From Mobula hypostoma (Eukaryota), in assembly GCF_963921235.1 (NCBI RefSeq), contig NC_086099.1, forward strand, positions 26,350,001 to 26,414,000: a DNA stretch of 64,000 bases. The letters run 5' to 3'. This document shows positions 63,998 to 64,000 of the stretch, piece by piece (positions within the stretch are counted from its first letter, which is position 1; each line of letters begins with the position of its first letter). The translations under genes were made by a program, and so were the position numbers. The notes beneath the pieces were generated by a model, which saw only the letters and a list, made by a program, of their open reading frames with translations, searched no databases and was not told the DNA's origin.

Positions 63998-64000
63998 TGA

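Noticed and set aside
1-64000. CRISPR arrays, rRNA or prokaryotic operons
   Set aside because: Spliced eukaryotic genes and vertebrate repeats throughout; no regularly spaced repeat-spacer structure.

Overview
Repeat-rich vertebrate genomic DNA. The CR1/HER1, V-SINE and Penelope repeat complement suggests a cartilaginous fish, probably a ray; this is inference. Two complete spliced genes lie on the minus strand. The first is a 6-exon, 399-aa RING-less TRIM-family gene (B-box, coiled coil, PRY/SPRY; 3380-26480) with a perfect NF-kB site about 100 bp upstream of its ATG. The second is SIGMAR1 (4 exons, 220 aa; 34070-51225), with a probable ~5 kb 3' UTR. A likely first coding exon of GALT lies divergently at 52935-53004. 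The rest is nested mobile DNA. It includes a young non-autonomous Gmr1-like Ty3/gypsy LTR element (13062-17861) with near-identical 851-bp LTRs and a Ty1/copia RT-RNaseH remnant with its 3' LTR. Tigger, hAT, Harbinger and Tc1 DNA elements and many CR1, Rex1 and RTE LINE fragments are also present. The most notable pattern is a family of about a dozen Penelope-derived inserts carrying a minimal hammerhead ribozyme motif (CTGACGA-stem II-GAAAC-GTC). Several are ~200-bp fold-back units with their own target-site duplications, and one intact copy sits in sense orientation in an insert that landed in the SIGMAR1 exon 3 splice donor.
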